Assembly: GCA_008632985.1 (NCBI GenBank)
Contig: QPGO01000008.1
Location: 352,979-416,978 of the forward strand
Reading direction: 5' to 3'
DNA length: 64,000 bases
Source: Psammoneis japonica
Taxonomy: Eukaryota
The position numbers and the translations under genes were made by a program. Every line of letters starts with the position of its first letter. Position 1 is the stretch's first letter. The notes below the pieces were generated by a model, which was given only the letters and a program-made list of their open reading frames with translations, was not told the DNA's origin and did not search any database. Below, piece after piece: positions 34,024-47,796 of the stretch.

Positions 34024-35724
34024 CTAGCTAGAGGTAACCAATTTATCGGGTCTGTCGACAAAGTTGGCATAGGACAAATCGAGTAGAAGAGAACCCTTCG
34101 GCTCAAGATCTAGCTTGAGCTGCTGAATCGGCTTTTTGGCGAGGCTCTCCAAGGGAACTGTGGCTTTGCCGATGCATTTACGCTTCACCCCTCCTTTATA
34201 CCACGTCAAACGGGAGTTGTCAAGAATGACAATTTCAAGCTCGTCATCGTCGGGAGAAAGGCACTTTAGCTCGAACACTTCTCGCCAAACCGGAAAGCCT
34301 GGTTCACCATCTTGAAACGTTTGAGAAGTTCGTTTAGTTGTGGCAGATTGCTCACTGCAGGTGCTGATTCGTAATTCAACCGAGAGATCCGCCTTTCCCA
34401 CCGCTGGAGTCGCAAGCTCCTGAGCACGGCGAACAAAGACAGTGAGGAGCCCCTTGTATCTACTTGGAACAAAGGACGACTCCAGAGATGGCCACATTCG
34501 ACAAAACTCTGGAAAGCTAATTGACTTGTCCCGGTTCACATCAAGAGTTTTAAACGACTCGGCTGCATCCTCTGCTGTGTATCCCCAATCTTTGAGACCA
34601 GCTGCGAGCTCCCGCGGACCAAGACTTCCGCTGCTATCTAAATCGAGCGAATCAAACAGAGCCCACTGCTCCGGGAACTGCTCAACGAGCTCCTCTTCTG
34701 ACAACTCCCCTTGTGGGTCAGTAAGGAGCATGGACACTTTTAAACCCTGGTGGTCTCGAATAACTTGAGGGGTGAAATCAATGGTTACCGTGTTTGGAAA
34801 CAGAAACTCTCTTGGTATATCTTCGGTAAGAATACGAAAAAAGTAGGAACGTAAAACAGGAATCGCTGTAATGGGTATCAACCCAAACACCGTCATGTCA
34901 AAACTGATTTTCGGCGTTTCCAGAAGGGCGTACTCGACCGAAGTGCAGAACGGCTCGTAAGGCGCAAGTTTAAATGCCGACCAGCATACAAGATCGACAT
35001 CGGGGTTCTTGAGCGTCACGGGGACGGAAACGTTGACGAGCTTGGGAAGGGTTACATCTACCTCAAACTCCAATACAGAGGTGGACGAGAATCGCGTCTG
35101 CAGCGAGTACTGCACCTCGGCCAGAGCCCGTGTGGGCATTCTTTTGAGAGCACGCAAATAGGGTGATTGGTTCCCCGAAACAAAGGAGACTACACGAACT
35201 CCAGTTACAAAGTCTGGCATTTCTGACTCGTCGAGTACTGGCTGAATGACATTTTGCACGACACGCCTGGTGTTCTTTTGAAAGAGAAGCCACATTCTCG
35301 TCAAGGCCGCATTCAACCACACTGGCGTCACCCCATCCCATTGATATTCCTCGTCGTCGTCAAGAACTACAGTTCCTTCATCGTCTTGGTTGAATGAATA
35401 TTGCGACGAAACCTCGTCGGCGTTACTCAAACGGTTCAAGCTTTTTCCTCGACGACCAGTGAGTCTTCCAATTACCAACCCAATCACCATTGCTGCAAGG
35501 CTGATCACTGCAGTTTGTCTAGCGCCAAACGTACGTGCTGTTTTACCAATAGCACTCTTTCCGACGGTTGGTGGTAGACTCGACAGCGCAGAGCCACTAC
35601 TTGGTCGGTGTGTGTTTTGCAATGCGTAAAAGGAAGGAGGTGGCATCATGATGATTTCATCACCGCATCTTGGAGCAACGGATGCTTCCTTACGGACTCG
35701 TGAAGGACTAGCAATGAATCCCAT
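34024..35724 (-). CDS. Synaptotagmin-like membrane-contact protein (TM, SMP, two EF-hands, C2)
   Basis: TM (AVISLAAMVIGLVIG), PVWLNAALTRMW (SMP start), DLDSSGSLGPRE and DVNRDKSISFPE EF loops, C-terminal C2 (PVWREVF, IGKATVPL). Confidence 0.85.
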   Translation of the reverse strand: MGFIASPSRVRKEASVAPRCGDEIIMMPPPSFYALQNTHRPSSGSALSSLPPTVGKSAIGKTARTFGARQTAVISLAAMVIGLVIGRLTGRRGKSLNRLSNADEVSSQYSFNQDDEGTVVLDDDEEYQWDGVTPVWLNAALTRMWLLFQKNTRRVVQNVIQPVLDESEMPDFVTGVRVVSFVSGNQSPYLRALKRMPTRALAEVQYSLQTRFSSTSVLEFEVDVTLPKLVNVSVPVTLKNPDVDLVCWSAFKLAPYEPFCTSVEYALLETPKISFDMTVFGLIPITAIPVLRSYFFRILTEDIPREFLFPNTVTIDFTPQVIRDHQGLKVSMLLTDPQGELSEEELVEQFPEQWALFDSLDLDSSGSLGPRELAAGLKDWGYTAEDAAESFKTLDVNRDKSISFPEFCRMWPSLESSFVPSRYKGLLTVFVRRAQELATPAVGKADLSVELRISTCSEQSATTKRTSQTFQDGEPGFPVWREVFELKCLSPDDDELEIVILDNSRLTWYKGGVKRKCIGKATVPLESLAKKPIQQLKLDLEPKGSLLLDLSYANFVDRPDKLVTSS

Positions 35725-36123
35725 AGTAGTTCAAGGAAAGTGACAGGTGGCAACAGGTGAGAGTAAAAAGTAAAAGGATTGTGATGAGTGATGATGTGTG
35801 TTGCGAGTTGTGATGCACCGCCATCGTCAAATCTTTCACATCACACATCCACACATCACATGTTGCGATTATTTCATTATACTCATGGACATAGCTTTAT
35901 AAATGATGGGGCGTGTCATGGCGCGATCACCGCGCGATCAGAGATCTGCCTCATTTTTTCATCACAGTTTTGGAGTGGGCTTTTCTGTTTTCTGCCCTTG
36001 ATCTGCGGTCAATGGCGTTTGGGGTTCCACGCACTGTCAAATCTATTGCTCTTCCTCTAGAAGTCGTGTCGAAGCCGTCACGACACTCGTGAATGGCAGT
36101 CACCTTGTCTTTGTTGGATTCGA

Positions 36124-37401
36124 ATGGCATGTTGTGTAGACAAGTTGTTACGTTGTCAATCTGCCGCTTTCACAAGATTTGGAGCTTGCTTGTCTCGTCG
36201 TGTCATGACAACGATTCCCATGGGGGATGAAACACGCAAAGAGGTGCTTGCTACTGACAGATATATTTATCGAATGGACGAGGGAAATCGTCGAATAGAA
36301 ATTTCATTGCCAGACAAAGCAAATGCTACAGGCGTTCACAGTTTTGACCATCTTTCTCTGCACAACAGTCAACATGAGGATTCAGAACAAGTCCCAGAGA
36401 ATGTCCTACAGTATGAACGTCAGATGCGAAAAGTAAATGCCGCCAAAAGAGCATCCCAGACCCTTACACGAGAAGAACATTTGGACGTTATTTATAAAGA
36501 CGACCATCTCGTCGTGACGAACAAGAAAGCGGGGATTCTCTGTGTGCCAGGGATAAACAACAACCATTCGCTCCTGTCGTTGGTGTACGATGAATTCGTT
36601 GTCGAGAACGAGGCAGAAACTAAGATCAAGCGAGACACCATGATCTGTCATCGATTGGACATGGATACCAGCGGCTTGGTTGTGTTTGGTCTGACGAAGG
36701 AGGTCACAACTGGCCTTCACAAGTCTTTTCGAGAGGGATGTGTTCAAAAAGAGTATCAGGCTTTGGTTTGTGGCCACGTTTGGGCTGACTGCGGGTTAAT
36801 AGACTTGCCATTGCAACGAGATGATAAGCATCCACCCTTTATGCGGATAGCGACACCCTCATCAGAACAGGAGGCAGCGCAGGTTGTAAAGGACTTGCAA
36901 CACAGAGGATGGAAAAAGCTCGTATGCAAAAAGCCTAAACCAAGTCAAACTGAATTTCGCGTGTTGGAACGAACCTATCTTGAATCGACACAACTCCCCG
37001 TGACAAGACTTGCATTGACACCTATTACTGGAAGGTAAGTCATGACTTTACGACGTGTGCGCGCAAAGGAGCATGGCAAAGACTGTCCTCATTGAAAAAA
37101 CTAACCGACGGCTCTTGAACCTTCCCGCAGAACGCATCAATTGAGGGTTCACTGTGCCGCTATGGGCCATCCGATTGTAGGTGATCCAGCCTATGGAATA
37201 TATGGTGAGGCATCGGCCAACGGCGGTTTTACTGAGTCCATTATGAATGAAATTGCACCGCCAAACCGAGCTAGTCTCCAATTGCAGAAATCCATTAGCG
37301 AAGTACACAAGAGTCAAATGTGCTTGCATGCCAAGACACTGTCTTTATCCCATCCTGTTACAGAAGAACAAATGCATTGGGATGCAGATGCTCCGTTTTA
37401 G
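36124..37401 (+). CDS. RluA-family RNA pseudouridine synthase, two exons
   Basis: NKKAG and HRLDMDTSG motifs; intron 37035-37130 (GTAAGT..CTAAC..CAG) restores GRTHQLRVH; GHPIVGD and LHA motifs follow. Confidence 0.93.
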
Positions 37402-37990
37402 AATATGAACACCCCTACTAGAGAGAGCAGAGACTACGACAAACCAATTGCTGGATTCTTCTTAGAGGGGAACATAGCGCACGTTACTGTGTGTACGGAG
37501 ACTTGTAACCTCTCTACTGTAGCTACTTCTAGAGTAGAGACCCTCTCTAGTAGTAGAGAGAGGTGGTCGAAGTGTATCGGTAGGGGTTTTCAATTCTGAT
37601 AATCTCTCTACCGTACTCTCTAATAGCTAGACTCTCTATACTCTAGCTAGTTTCTGGGCCCGCGGTGCTGTGGAGCAATGTGTAGACGTACGAAGACTAG
37701 ACGTTGGAGGGAGTTCGCAAAATACGTCAGCATCGAAATTTCAAAAAATATCGCATTCGTAGCTTTTGTACTGACTCCCACGTGAGGCCCGGCGCTTCAA
37801 TCCACCGTCGCGTCGGTCCACAAAAAAGCGAAGACAAAGACGCCAAGATCCGCTGTCAACGACGCTCGAACCGAGGTGCGTGTGCGTGACTGGGCGGTGT
37901 CGTATGCATGTTGGATGGTTGATTGTCTCACTACCTTTTTCTTCTACGAATTTCCGTTTCAGTAAGAGGTATTCTTGGAAGCGGACAAAC

Positions 37991-40900
37991 ATGGTTGCTG
38001 ATGAAGGGCGTCATTGCCTTGATTTGCAGGTGAGAGCTATGAAATTGGATACTCGTCTCACAGATTCCTTTGTCATTGATGCTTCACGGAGCATTCATAC
38101 CAACCTGGCAGAGATACAGAATCTTGAATCGCTTCCATTCGCTGAAAGTCGTCATGACGTCATCGTTTCCCGTTCGCGCCATTTTTTTCACGTGCTTCCA
38201 GCTTTATCGCGATGATGCTGGCTTCTGACAATAATTCTTCACCTCTTTCTCATTTTGCAGGGTCCTCGAGCCCTGCTACATTTGGCTGATGGTTCTTCAC
38301 CTCTCGAAGCTCGATCCTTTGGATTCCCCATATCTGTTGCAGGCGAGGTCGTGTTCAATACTGGAATGGTTGGATATCCGGAAGCTTTGACCGATCCTTC
38401 TTACAGAGGGCAGATTCTAGTTTTGACGTATCCTCTCATTGGAAATTATGGTGTTCCAGACGAAGAAGATCTTGATAGCCATGGCCTTCCTAAGTATTTC
38501 GAGAGCAACGAAATTCACATCGCTGGACTGATCGTATCTTCTTACTCGTGGGAACACTCTCATTGGGCGGCTCAGAAGAGCTTGTCTGAGTGGCTGAACA
38601 AGCACAAGGTTCCAGCCATTTATGGTATCGACACGAGGCAACTAACGAAGAAGATTCGTGAATTTGGCGCTATTCTGGGTAGAATCGAACTGGTACGTAA
38701 GATTTCGGCAACTCGTCTACGTACACTTGCTTGACTCGAAACTAACTCGATTCTGTGTTTCTCTCCATGATTGTCTCGACGGAATACATACAGAATGAAG
38801 AGAACTCTGCAAAACCTGTCGAGTTTGAAGATCCCAACACAAGAAACCTTGTTGCCGAAGTTTCCACGAAAGAGTTGGTCATCTACGGAAAAGGCAATTC
38901 TCCTCGAATTGTGGCCTATGATTGCGGCATGAAGCACAACATCATCCGCTACCTTGTCGAAACAAACAAGGTCGAACTGCATGTGGTGCCATATGATTAT
39001 GATCTCGAGGCCAACCCACACGGTATCGAATGGGAGGGTCTCTTCCTTTCAAATGGCCCAGGTGATCCTACCATGTGCCCTGAAACCATCAAGTCAGTGC
39101 AATACGCTCTCGGACTGGATCCACCTCGACCTATTTTCGGTATTTGCCTTGGAAATCAACTCTTGGCCCTTGCTGCAGGAGCGAAGACGTACAAACTGAA
39201 GTATGGAAACCGTGGAATGAATCAACCTGCCATTGACTTGAGGACAGGTCGTTGTTACATTACTCCACAAAATCACGGTTTTGCCGTCGACGCAGATTCC
39301 TTGCCACCCATGTGGAAGCCCTTGTTTCTCAACGCCAACGACTTGACCAATGAGGGTATCGTTCACACCAACAAACCCTTCTTCAGCGTGCAGTTTCATC
39401 CAGAAGCCAGTGGCGGACCACTGGATACAGCCTTTCTGTTTGAGAAGTTTGTTGGTCACGTTCGCAATATTCCTCAGCCCCTCGTCTTGCAGGATACTTT
39501 ATCTTACCAACGCAAGTCCTACAAAAAGGTGCTGTTGGTGGGGAGTGGAGGCCTGAGCATTGGACAAGCCGGTGAATTTGACTATTCCGGCAGTCAGTGC
39601 ATCAAGGCGCTGAAAGAGGAGGGTATTGAGGTTGTTTTGATAAACCCAAACATTGCTACGGTACAAACTTCTCAGGAAAAGACGGAATCGACTACCCCGT
39701 CTGCCGACCGAGTCTACTTTCTGCCTATTCGCCCCTCTGTTGTGATGGATGTGATTCACAAGGAAAAGCCTGACGGCATTATTGTGTCCATGGGAGGCCA
39801 AACTGCTTTGAATGTCGGTGTCGAGCTGTGGAACGCCGGCCTTCTTCAAAAAGCCGGGGTCGAAGTGTTGGGTACACAGATACCCGTGATTGAGGCTACA
39901 GAAGATCGCGAAATTTTCAGCTCAAAGCTCAAGGAAATTGACGAAACCATCGCGCTGTCGTACAGTGCCAACAGCATTGAAGAAGCACTCGTGGCTGCCA
40001 ACAAGATTGGATATCCCGTATTGATTCGTGCAGCCTTTGCTCTTGGCGGTTTAGGATCCGGATTTGCAAGTAACGATCAAGAGCTGAAAGACCTAGCAGC
40101 CAAGGCTTTTTCCAATAGCGCCCAAATTCTGATTGACCAGGATCTGCGAGGTTGGAAGGAACTAGAATACGAAGTCGTTCGGGACTCGAGCGACAACTGT
40201 ATCACGGTTTGTAACATGGAAAATTTCGACCCGCTAGGTATCCACACTGGTGATTCGATTGTTGTCGCTCCATCTCAGACGTTGTCAAACCGTGAATATT
40301 TTATGCTAAGAAGGACCGCGATCAAGGTTGTCAGGCACTTGGGCATTGTCGGTGAATGCAATATTCAATACGCACTCAATCCGAAGAATGAAAAGTATTG
40401 CATCATTGAAGTCAATGCTCGGTTGTCCCGTTCCTCAGCTCTCGCTTCCAAGGCTACAGGTTACCCTTTGGCGTACGTGGCGACTAAGTTATCGCTTGGG
40501 AAGGATCTCGTTTCTATTCGCAACTCGGTTACCAAGACTACAACGGCGTGCTTCGAGCCCAGCTTGGACTACTGCGTCCTCAAGATGCCTCGTTGGGATC
40601 TCAAGAAATTTTCTCGGGTAAGCAACAAGCTTGGATCGTCCATGTTAAGTGTTGGTGAAGTCATGGCGATTGGTCGCACCTTTCAGGAAGTAATACAGAA
40701 AGCTTGTCGCATGGTGAACCCGGCGCTTGACGGCTTGGACGGTCAGGATTCCAATCTCATCGACGACTCGGTTTCATTGGAAGCTCGGCTAAAAACGCCG
40801 ACTGATACTCGGTTGTTTGCGGTCCAAACTGCTCTCGAACTCGGATGGTCAGTCGAAAAGGTCCACGATCTCACTAAGATTGATCTTTGGTTTTTGAGCA

Positions 40901-43025
40901 AGCTCAAGAACATCGCTTCAATGCGACAGGCTTGTATCGACGGGGGCAGCCTCGATGCTGTCCTTCAAGAAAATGGCCGAGATAGAATGCGTTCTCTGAA
41001 GATGGCCGGATTCAGTGATCGTCAGGTAAGTCCATCGTACTATGAACTCTCTGGCATTATGTTTGATTTCACTACCATTGTCTCACACCAGCTTCCGCTT
41101 TGTGCTTAGATCGCCCGCTATACCAACCTGTCGTCCAGTCTCCAAGGCGAGTGTGCTGTCCGCGAGAAGCGCAAGGCTCTGGGCGTCACTCCTTGTGTCA
41201 AACAGATCGACACCCTTGCCGCTGAGTTCCCAGCCCAGACCAACTACCTATACGTAACGTACTCTGGGGATTGTGACGACGTCGAAGAGCCGCCTCACGG
41301 TGCTCACGTGACACCAGCCTACCGTTTCTCTGTCATTGAGCGCACGACGCTGAATACTCCAGATTTCAAGCGCCGCGCTCGCGCCTTCTCCAATGCCCAG
41401 GTAGCACAATCACTAAATGACGCGAAGAATCGTGGTGTTATGGTGCTGGGTTGTGGTGCCTACTGCATTGGTTCGTCGGTGGAATTCGATTGGTGTGCGG
41501 TGTCCTGTGTTCGCCAGCTCCGTCGCGATGGGTTCAAGAGCATCATTGTGAACTACAACCCCGAGACAGTCAGTACCGACTATGACGAAAGTGACCGTCT
41601 TTACTTTGAAGAGTTGAGTCTGGAGCGCGTCATGGACATTTACGAACGCGAAGGTGCAGCTGGCGTGGTTGTCTCAGTTGGAGGGCAGATCCCAACAACT
41701 TGTCTGGTCCACTAGCTGAGTGTGGAGCCACGATTCTTGGAACTGACGCTTCTGACATTGAGCGCGCTGAAGACCGGAATCAGTTTTCCGACATGCTTGA
41801 TAGTATGGGTATCAAGCAACCTCCGTGGGCCGTATTGAAAACCAATGAAGAAGCGATCGAGTTTGCGGACAAAGTGGAGTACCCTGTATTAGTCCGTCCT
41901 TCCTTTGTTCTCTCAGGTGCAGCCATGCGTGTGGCAGCCGACGAGGTGCAGCTTCGCAACTTTCTAGATTTGGCCTCGGAAGTAGCCGCAGACAAACCAG
42001 TAGTTGTGACAAAGTTCATGTTGGAAGCCAAGGAAATTGAATTTGACGCTGTCGCCATGCAGGGAACCATTTTGAACTATGCAATTGGTGAGCATTTGGA
42101 AAATGCCGGTGTCCACAGTGGTGACGCGACTGTTATTCTTCCGGCCCAAAAGCTTTACGTAAGCACGATTCGTCAAGTCAAACGGTACGCGAGTGCCATT
42201 TCCAAGGCGTTACGCATCACTGGGCCTTTCAACATTCAGTTCATGGCCAAGGGAAACGAGGTACAAGTCATTGAATGCAACTTACGTGCAAGTCGTACAT
42301 TTCCGTTTGTTAGCAAGACGTTGAATCACAACTTTATCAGTTTGGCAACTCGCGCAATGTGTGGTCTGGAAGTTCAGCCCTATCGGATTTCACTTCTGGA
42401 TACGGATTATGTTTGTGTCAAGGCGCCCATGTTTTCCTTTACTCGTCTCCGTGGAGCTGATCCTACATTGGGTGTAGAAATGGCGTCAACCGGTGAAGTC
42501 GCCTGCTTTGGTGTAGACCAGGCAGAGGCATTCTTGTTGGCCATGATGTCCACCGGGTTTAAGCTCCCCAACAAGAATCGTTCTATTCTGTTGAGCTTCG
42601 CGTCGGATGACTTCTTGTTGGAGTTTGCCGAGTCGGCCGCCATTCTGCACAATCTAGGATACAAATTATTTGGGACCCCAGGAACTGCGGCGTTTTACAA
42701 CAATCGCTATGGATGGGACATTACCGTCGTTGAAAAGCCTAGCAGCGAGAATGATGATGGTCCGGGAACGGCGTTGTGCGAAATCAAGGCTGGCCGGATT
42801 GACCTGGTGATCAATGTAAGCGAAGGATCCACGAGACGAGAACAAATTACCAAGGGTTACTTGATTCGCAGGGCGGCCGTCGACTTTGATGTGTCTTTGG
42901 TGACTAACGTTAAGTGTGCGATCCAGATTGCGGACTGCCTTCAAAAGGGATTGGACAAGGGAGTTCCGGCACACCACATTGGGGACTTTCATCGTTTGCC
43001 CACCATTGGATGGGCCAAAAATTGA
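37991..43025 (+). CDS. Fused glutamine-dependent carbamoyl-phosphate synthase (GATase plus synthetase, no DHO/ATC); one apparent 1-bp frameshift near 41692
   Basis: Phase-0 introns 38030-38260, 38693-38793 and 41026-41109. Motifs [28 protein letters not shown] (catalytic Cys present), [15 protein letters not shown], two ATP-grasp halves and a C-terminal MGS-like domain. Confidence 0.95.
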
Positions 43026-44113
43026 AAAAGAAAGGTCTTGGTCAACGTCGTCAGGGAACCCGTGCCGAAGACGAAGGCTGTTATTATTTAGTCTAGGGAC
43101 ATAGTTTCAAGTTCCAAAGCAGATTCTTACCTCATGTATGTAATCAAAATCCAGCTGGCCTCCGCCCTACCGGTAGCTTCTAGAAAGGGTAGGGAATGCA
43201 AGTCGAACGTCAAAATCAAATACGATGCGAAGGTGAATCAACCATCATCACTATTTGACATCAACGCGTGGAATTGGGGAGGCCTCATAACTGCATCAAC
43301 TACTGTACAGTACGAAAATCTATCGTTTTGTAGTAGAGCTCTCTGCGGAGCTCTCCATGAAAAGTAACTGGACAATCAGACGCGGCGGACGTAAAACGAA
43401 TGCCTCATCGTGGACCCCAGGCAAGGAAAGCATGCTAACGAGAAAAAATCTGAAAGAAAGAGAGCGGTGTGGTACGAAAACAGAAACGATGGCATCAAAG
43501 TATGCAACAACATCGCAAGCGGTGCGACCGCCATCGTAGTCCATTGACATACGTACGGAATAAATTACACGCAAATAAAGATTGCCACAATGTACTTTTA
43601 GTCTTTCTACACACATTGGAAAAGTTTCAAAGCGTGTTTCAAACATTTGAAACACGCCAATGTCAAAAGTTGATAGAATTGGTCGCGTAGGATAACATTG
43701 CCTCAAGAGCGCCATCAAAAGATGGCGTTCAAGCTTTTTCTTATTTTCGGGGTGGAAAACCATCCCAAAAAAAAGAAAAAGGGGGGACGCACCACGGAGA
43801 CAACAAGAAAACTTGCGAGTCAACCGCGTGCTAAATCAACACTCCCTGTGAGTGAAGAGTTGCCGCACCACGTCACTGATGCGACGGAACCCCAAACCCC
43901 GCGTTCCGTCAATGGCATGATCTGCTTGGCGAGCTTTTGCTGCTTCGCAGACGAACGCTGCTGTCTGTTTCAACAGCCGTGACCTGACGGGTCAAGCGAA
44001 CAGGCAACTTCCTGCGGTCAAAGACACAGGAGCAACATGGACTCCAGGCCGGAGACACGCACTCGATTTGCCCCGACCTCCGGACTCAACTGGCAACACC
44101 TGCGCTGCCATTT

Positions 44114-44405
44114 GAGACAACACGCCATCAAGCAAAATGATTTGTGGAACACCAAACAAGAGCAGGCAATTAGAGCCAGAGGAAGGGCGAGCCATCCTTG
44201 GGTGTCGCGGCATTCCGGCTTGGCAAACAACAAGCACATCGTGCGAGACGACGAGTCGAAAAAGAGAGACAACACACCATCAAGCAAAATGAGTTGTGGA
44301 ACACCAAACAAGAGCAAGCTCTCAATCCAGAGGAAGGGCGAGCCATCCTTGGAGATTGCGGCTTCCCGCTTGGCAAACAACAACACATCGTGCGAGACGA
44401 CGAGT
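44114..44405. repeat. Two ~140-bp direct repeats, period 152
   Basis: gagacaacac.ccatcaagcaaaatga...gtgcgagacgacgagt occurs twice. Confidence 0.92.
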
Positions 44406-44499
44406 TTTTTTGCACATGTGTGATTGAACAACGAGCGCGGATTCTCACAGATTTTGAGTCGTCATGACCGTTGCTAAATTTGTCAATCACTGTCATTTT

Positions 44500-45700
44500 T
44501 GTGCATCTTTGTAGAACTGTTGCCATGATTTCGTGTGTAGAAAGTTGGTGGGCACTGGCACTTTCCAAATTGTTGCCAATTCCTGCGCACGCTTTACGGC
44601 AACCGTCCAAACGCAAAAAACTGCCGCCTTCGTTGTCGAGGTCCGAGCTCCCAGATGATTCATTCGCCTCACAGTTCTCTGCACCGGTGCTGGGTCCGTC
44701 CTGCGGTTCCCAGATTCTGTGCGATGGTGATGTCATTGAATGTGGTGGGTGATGGAACACCATGGCGACCCTCGACGAGCGCCAACCGAAACGGAGGCAG
44801 ACTGAAGAGCAACAGGATGCTGCCGTCACCACATGTGACAAGGTAGATTCCGAGAAGCCTTTGTTGGAGGAATGTGTCAAACAGATTGGAGAGGTGTTTG
44901 ATCAAGTGTCGGGTGTCGGAGGTGGGTTGACTCAAAAGATTTGTGACAACGTGAAGGACCTCATGCTGAATGATGCCATCACAGGCATTGAGACATGCAC
45001 CTCTGTCAAAGGAGTCAGCATGATGCTCGAGCAGTGTTGTCAGCATGGGCGCGTGTGTCCTCCAATTTTAGCGAAACCACACCACATGCCGCATGGGGTG
45101 TGAGCTCCGCGTTCAATCTCGTGACAGAATTGTCGAGGTCGCGTCCCACGTTGACATGTTCAGGGTCTTCGTTTCTTGCTTGGAGATGCACTCCGAAAAT
45201 GCTCTCATTCAGGAGGCAGGGCTTCATGTCATTTCAATGATGGCTGGTTGTGTGATGCCCTTTCCGTCATCAAGAATGTCCAGAGTTGGGACGGTCGTGT
45301 CATTTGCTGCATTGTTGCCGCCATTCGTCGTTTTCAAGACATCGTGGCAGTTCAGGAAACGGCTCTCATCCTTTTGTGTGAGCCAGAACAGGCATTGGTT
45401 GGATGCAGAGACAGTGCACATCTTTTCGGTCTCTTGTCCTTGAGCCGTGATGGGATCATCCCTTTGCTCTTCTTTGCTTCCCTTGAACGCTGTCCTTCAC
45501 AATTCGAAATTGTCACGTCTGCTCTGCGTCTTCTTCATTGCATTGCTGTGGAAAACGGCGATGGGTTTGGTCTCGGGACCACCAATGACACACCAGGGCT
45601 GCCATGTTGGCGCGTTCAGTCCAACACCCAGAGTGGCGTCAAATCGCGGAGACCGCCGCCCAAACCCCAAACTGCTCAAAGAGAATTTTCCAGGTGACAT
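44500..45700 (+). pseudogene. Frameshifted, TpA-mutated relic of an ARM/helical-repeat protein gene
   Basis: LEMHSENALIQEAGLHVI, AAIRRFQDIVAVQETALILL and SLERCPSQFEIVTSALRLLHCIA resemble ARM-like repeats, spread over different frames. Confidence 0.45.
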
Positions 45701-45802
45701 CTTCGTTGAAAGTGGACCAACTTTCTCAACATGTCTGTGGACATGCGCATGTGAAGACAGAACAAATGGGATGCAGCACTGGGGTGAATTAGCTGCGGCT
45801 CT

Positions 45803-47236
45803 TCACTTGACACACAGATTTTTTAAACAGAAGATCAAGGGAGCCCATGTGGAGCGGAAGGGAACAGCAGAGGGAGGCACGGAGGTGGCTGTAGAGACAG
45901 TGGAGTGGAAGGGTCGAAGGACGCAAGACGAAGGGCGTTTTGAGGAAGGCATGGGTGAGGAGGGAGCAGGGAGAGAGGAAGTGAATCGGAGGATGTGCGT
46001 AGAAAGGTGAAGAACGACGTTGCAGCCAAGAGTTTGGGTGGCCCACTGGGATGGGGTGGCCATGCGGCAGGTGCTCCCAAAGTGATCGGCGGACAGGCGA
46101 CGCCATGCGAAGTCAGCGGAGGGAAGGATTGCAGACGGAGACGACAAAGCGTAGAGGAAGGCAGAGTGGGAGGCATCGGAGTGACGAAAGTCAGAGGAAG
46201 AGGACCAGGGTGGCTTGGGCTGAGAGCAGACGGAGGAGGAGGATGTAGAACCAAAGAGCAAGTGGTGAGCAAAGCAGCCGAGACCACCACGGTGATCTAC
46301 AGTGAAGGGGAGCAGGAAGATGCCATTGTTGTCAAGTGAAGAAACAACAAGGGATCCATCGGCAGAGGAAGCAGAGGGGCCAAGAAACTTCAATCTCGCG
46401 CTCGAGTGGTGTGCCTCAGTTAAAACAGGAGAAGAGGGGGCAGGCAGACCTGGAGGAGGGCGAGAGGAAGCTTGAGGGACGGTGACGTCCACTGCAATGT
46501 AGTGATGGCGGGAGGGAGCGGAAAGGGAGGCGGGAGGGGGAATTGAAATGCCGACATCGGCGGGACGGAGGAGCGGGCGGGTGGGGAGCAGGTTGGCAGG
46601 TTCGAGATGAACGTCATCAGGGGATCGACAGAACTCTGCAAGAGGACCCAAAGTTTGGGCTAGGATGAAAACAGCATCACGGAGACCATTGGAGAGCTTG
46701 GACTTGTGAGCACGGCGGCAAGAAAAGGCATGATCACCAAAGGCATCCAGGATGGCATGGCCACAGGGACAGGGAGCATTGACAAGGGACGGAGGAAGGA
46801 TGGGGAGACGAAGCTTGCGAAGGGCGGCAACAACGTAGGCGTCCGAAGAAAGGCGGGAGCTTGGGAAGCGATGGGAGAAGGAATGAAGAGGGAGGCTTGT
46901 AAGCGGAGATAGCAATGAAGGGAGCGAAGATTGCACGTCGTAAGATGAGTTAGCAAGGATGGAGGTTACTGCTTGCTGCTGATGTTCATGGTAGAGGCGA
47001 CGAGCCAGGCCAGGAAGAGTGGCCGATTTAACCAGGGCAGCCAAGGAAGAAGAGGAAAGGGTAGAGGCGGAAGCCAGAACGGGAGCATAACGGCGGAAGA
47101 GCGTATAGAGTCGTAGGGAAGAGCGAGGGTTGGACCAGGAAGATAGGGAGAGCCGAAAGCAGCGCGGAAGGGAAACAGAAGCGCCAGATGGCAGGCTGAC
47201 ACCGTGCGAAGCAAAGCGGAACGAGCGGAGAGTCAA
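45803..47236 (-). mobile_element. 5'-truncated non-LTR retrotransposon fragment with a restriction-like endonuclease (CRE/R2-group type)
   Basis: CPCG..D..GDHAFSC zinc knuckle, RPADV, IAVDVTV, K and LLPFTVDHRGGLG in RLE order; strongly pyrimidine-rich sense strand; no RT core in the window. Confidence 0.8.
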
Positions 47237-47796
47237 ATCATTGATGTATATTACATAGCATGTCCTGTATTACACGCGGATAAACACATGTACTTGTATG
47301 GTTCGAGATCTCGTTCAACAACGAAAAGGCAGACGAGAATGGCATTGCACTCTCCTCGCTTGCCACTGTTGGATTGGTAAAAAATAAATGAAAAGCATGG
47401 TGAATGTCAGGGACCAGCGTGAAGCTTTCTTGTCGTTTTTCTACACTTTCGATGATGGATCTCACGAGGGGATGCTTGTCCCACACGGCTCGTACTAGTC
47501 TAGATACCGTACGTCTAGAGTAGGTGCCACAATAGAGCATTCGTACAACCATGATAATTATCTACTGTAGAAATATGTTGCAATGTGCCATCCAACACTG
47601 ACTGTAAATAGGGCTATTTTTTGTCAGCGGTGAGCTTTTGTCCAACTGGAAACTCTTTCGAGCTCCACATCGTCATCGATACTGTAGAGTAGTCTAGTAG
47701 TAACGTGACAGAACACACGCTTCTATGAAAATGCAAAAAAAGTAATTTCAAAGTGTACAAAAGGCAAGCTAACGAAATAAACTGGAACTATCCTGT

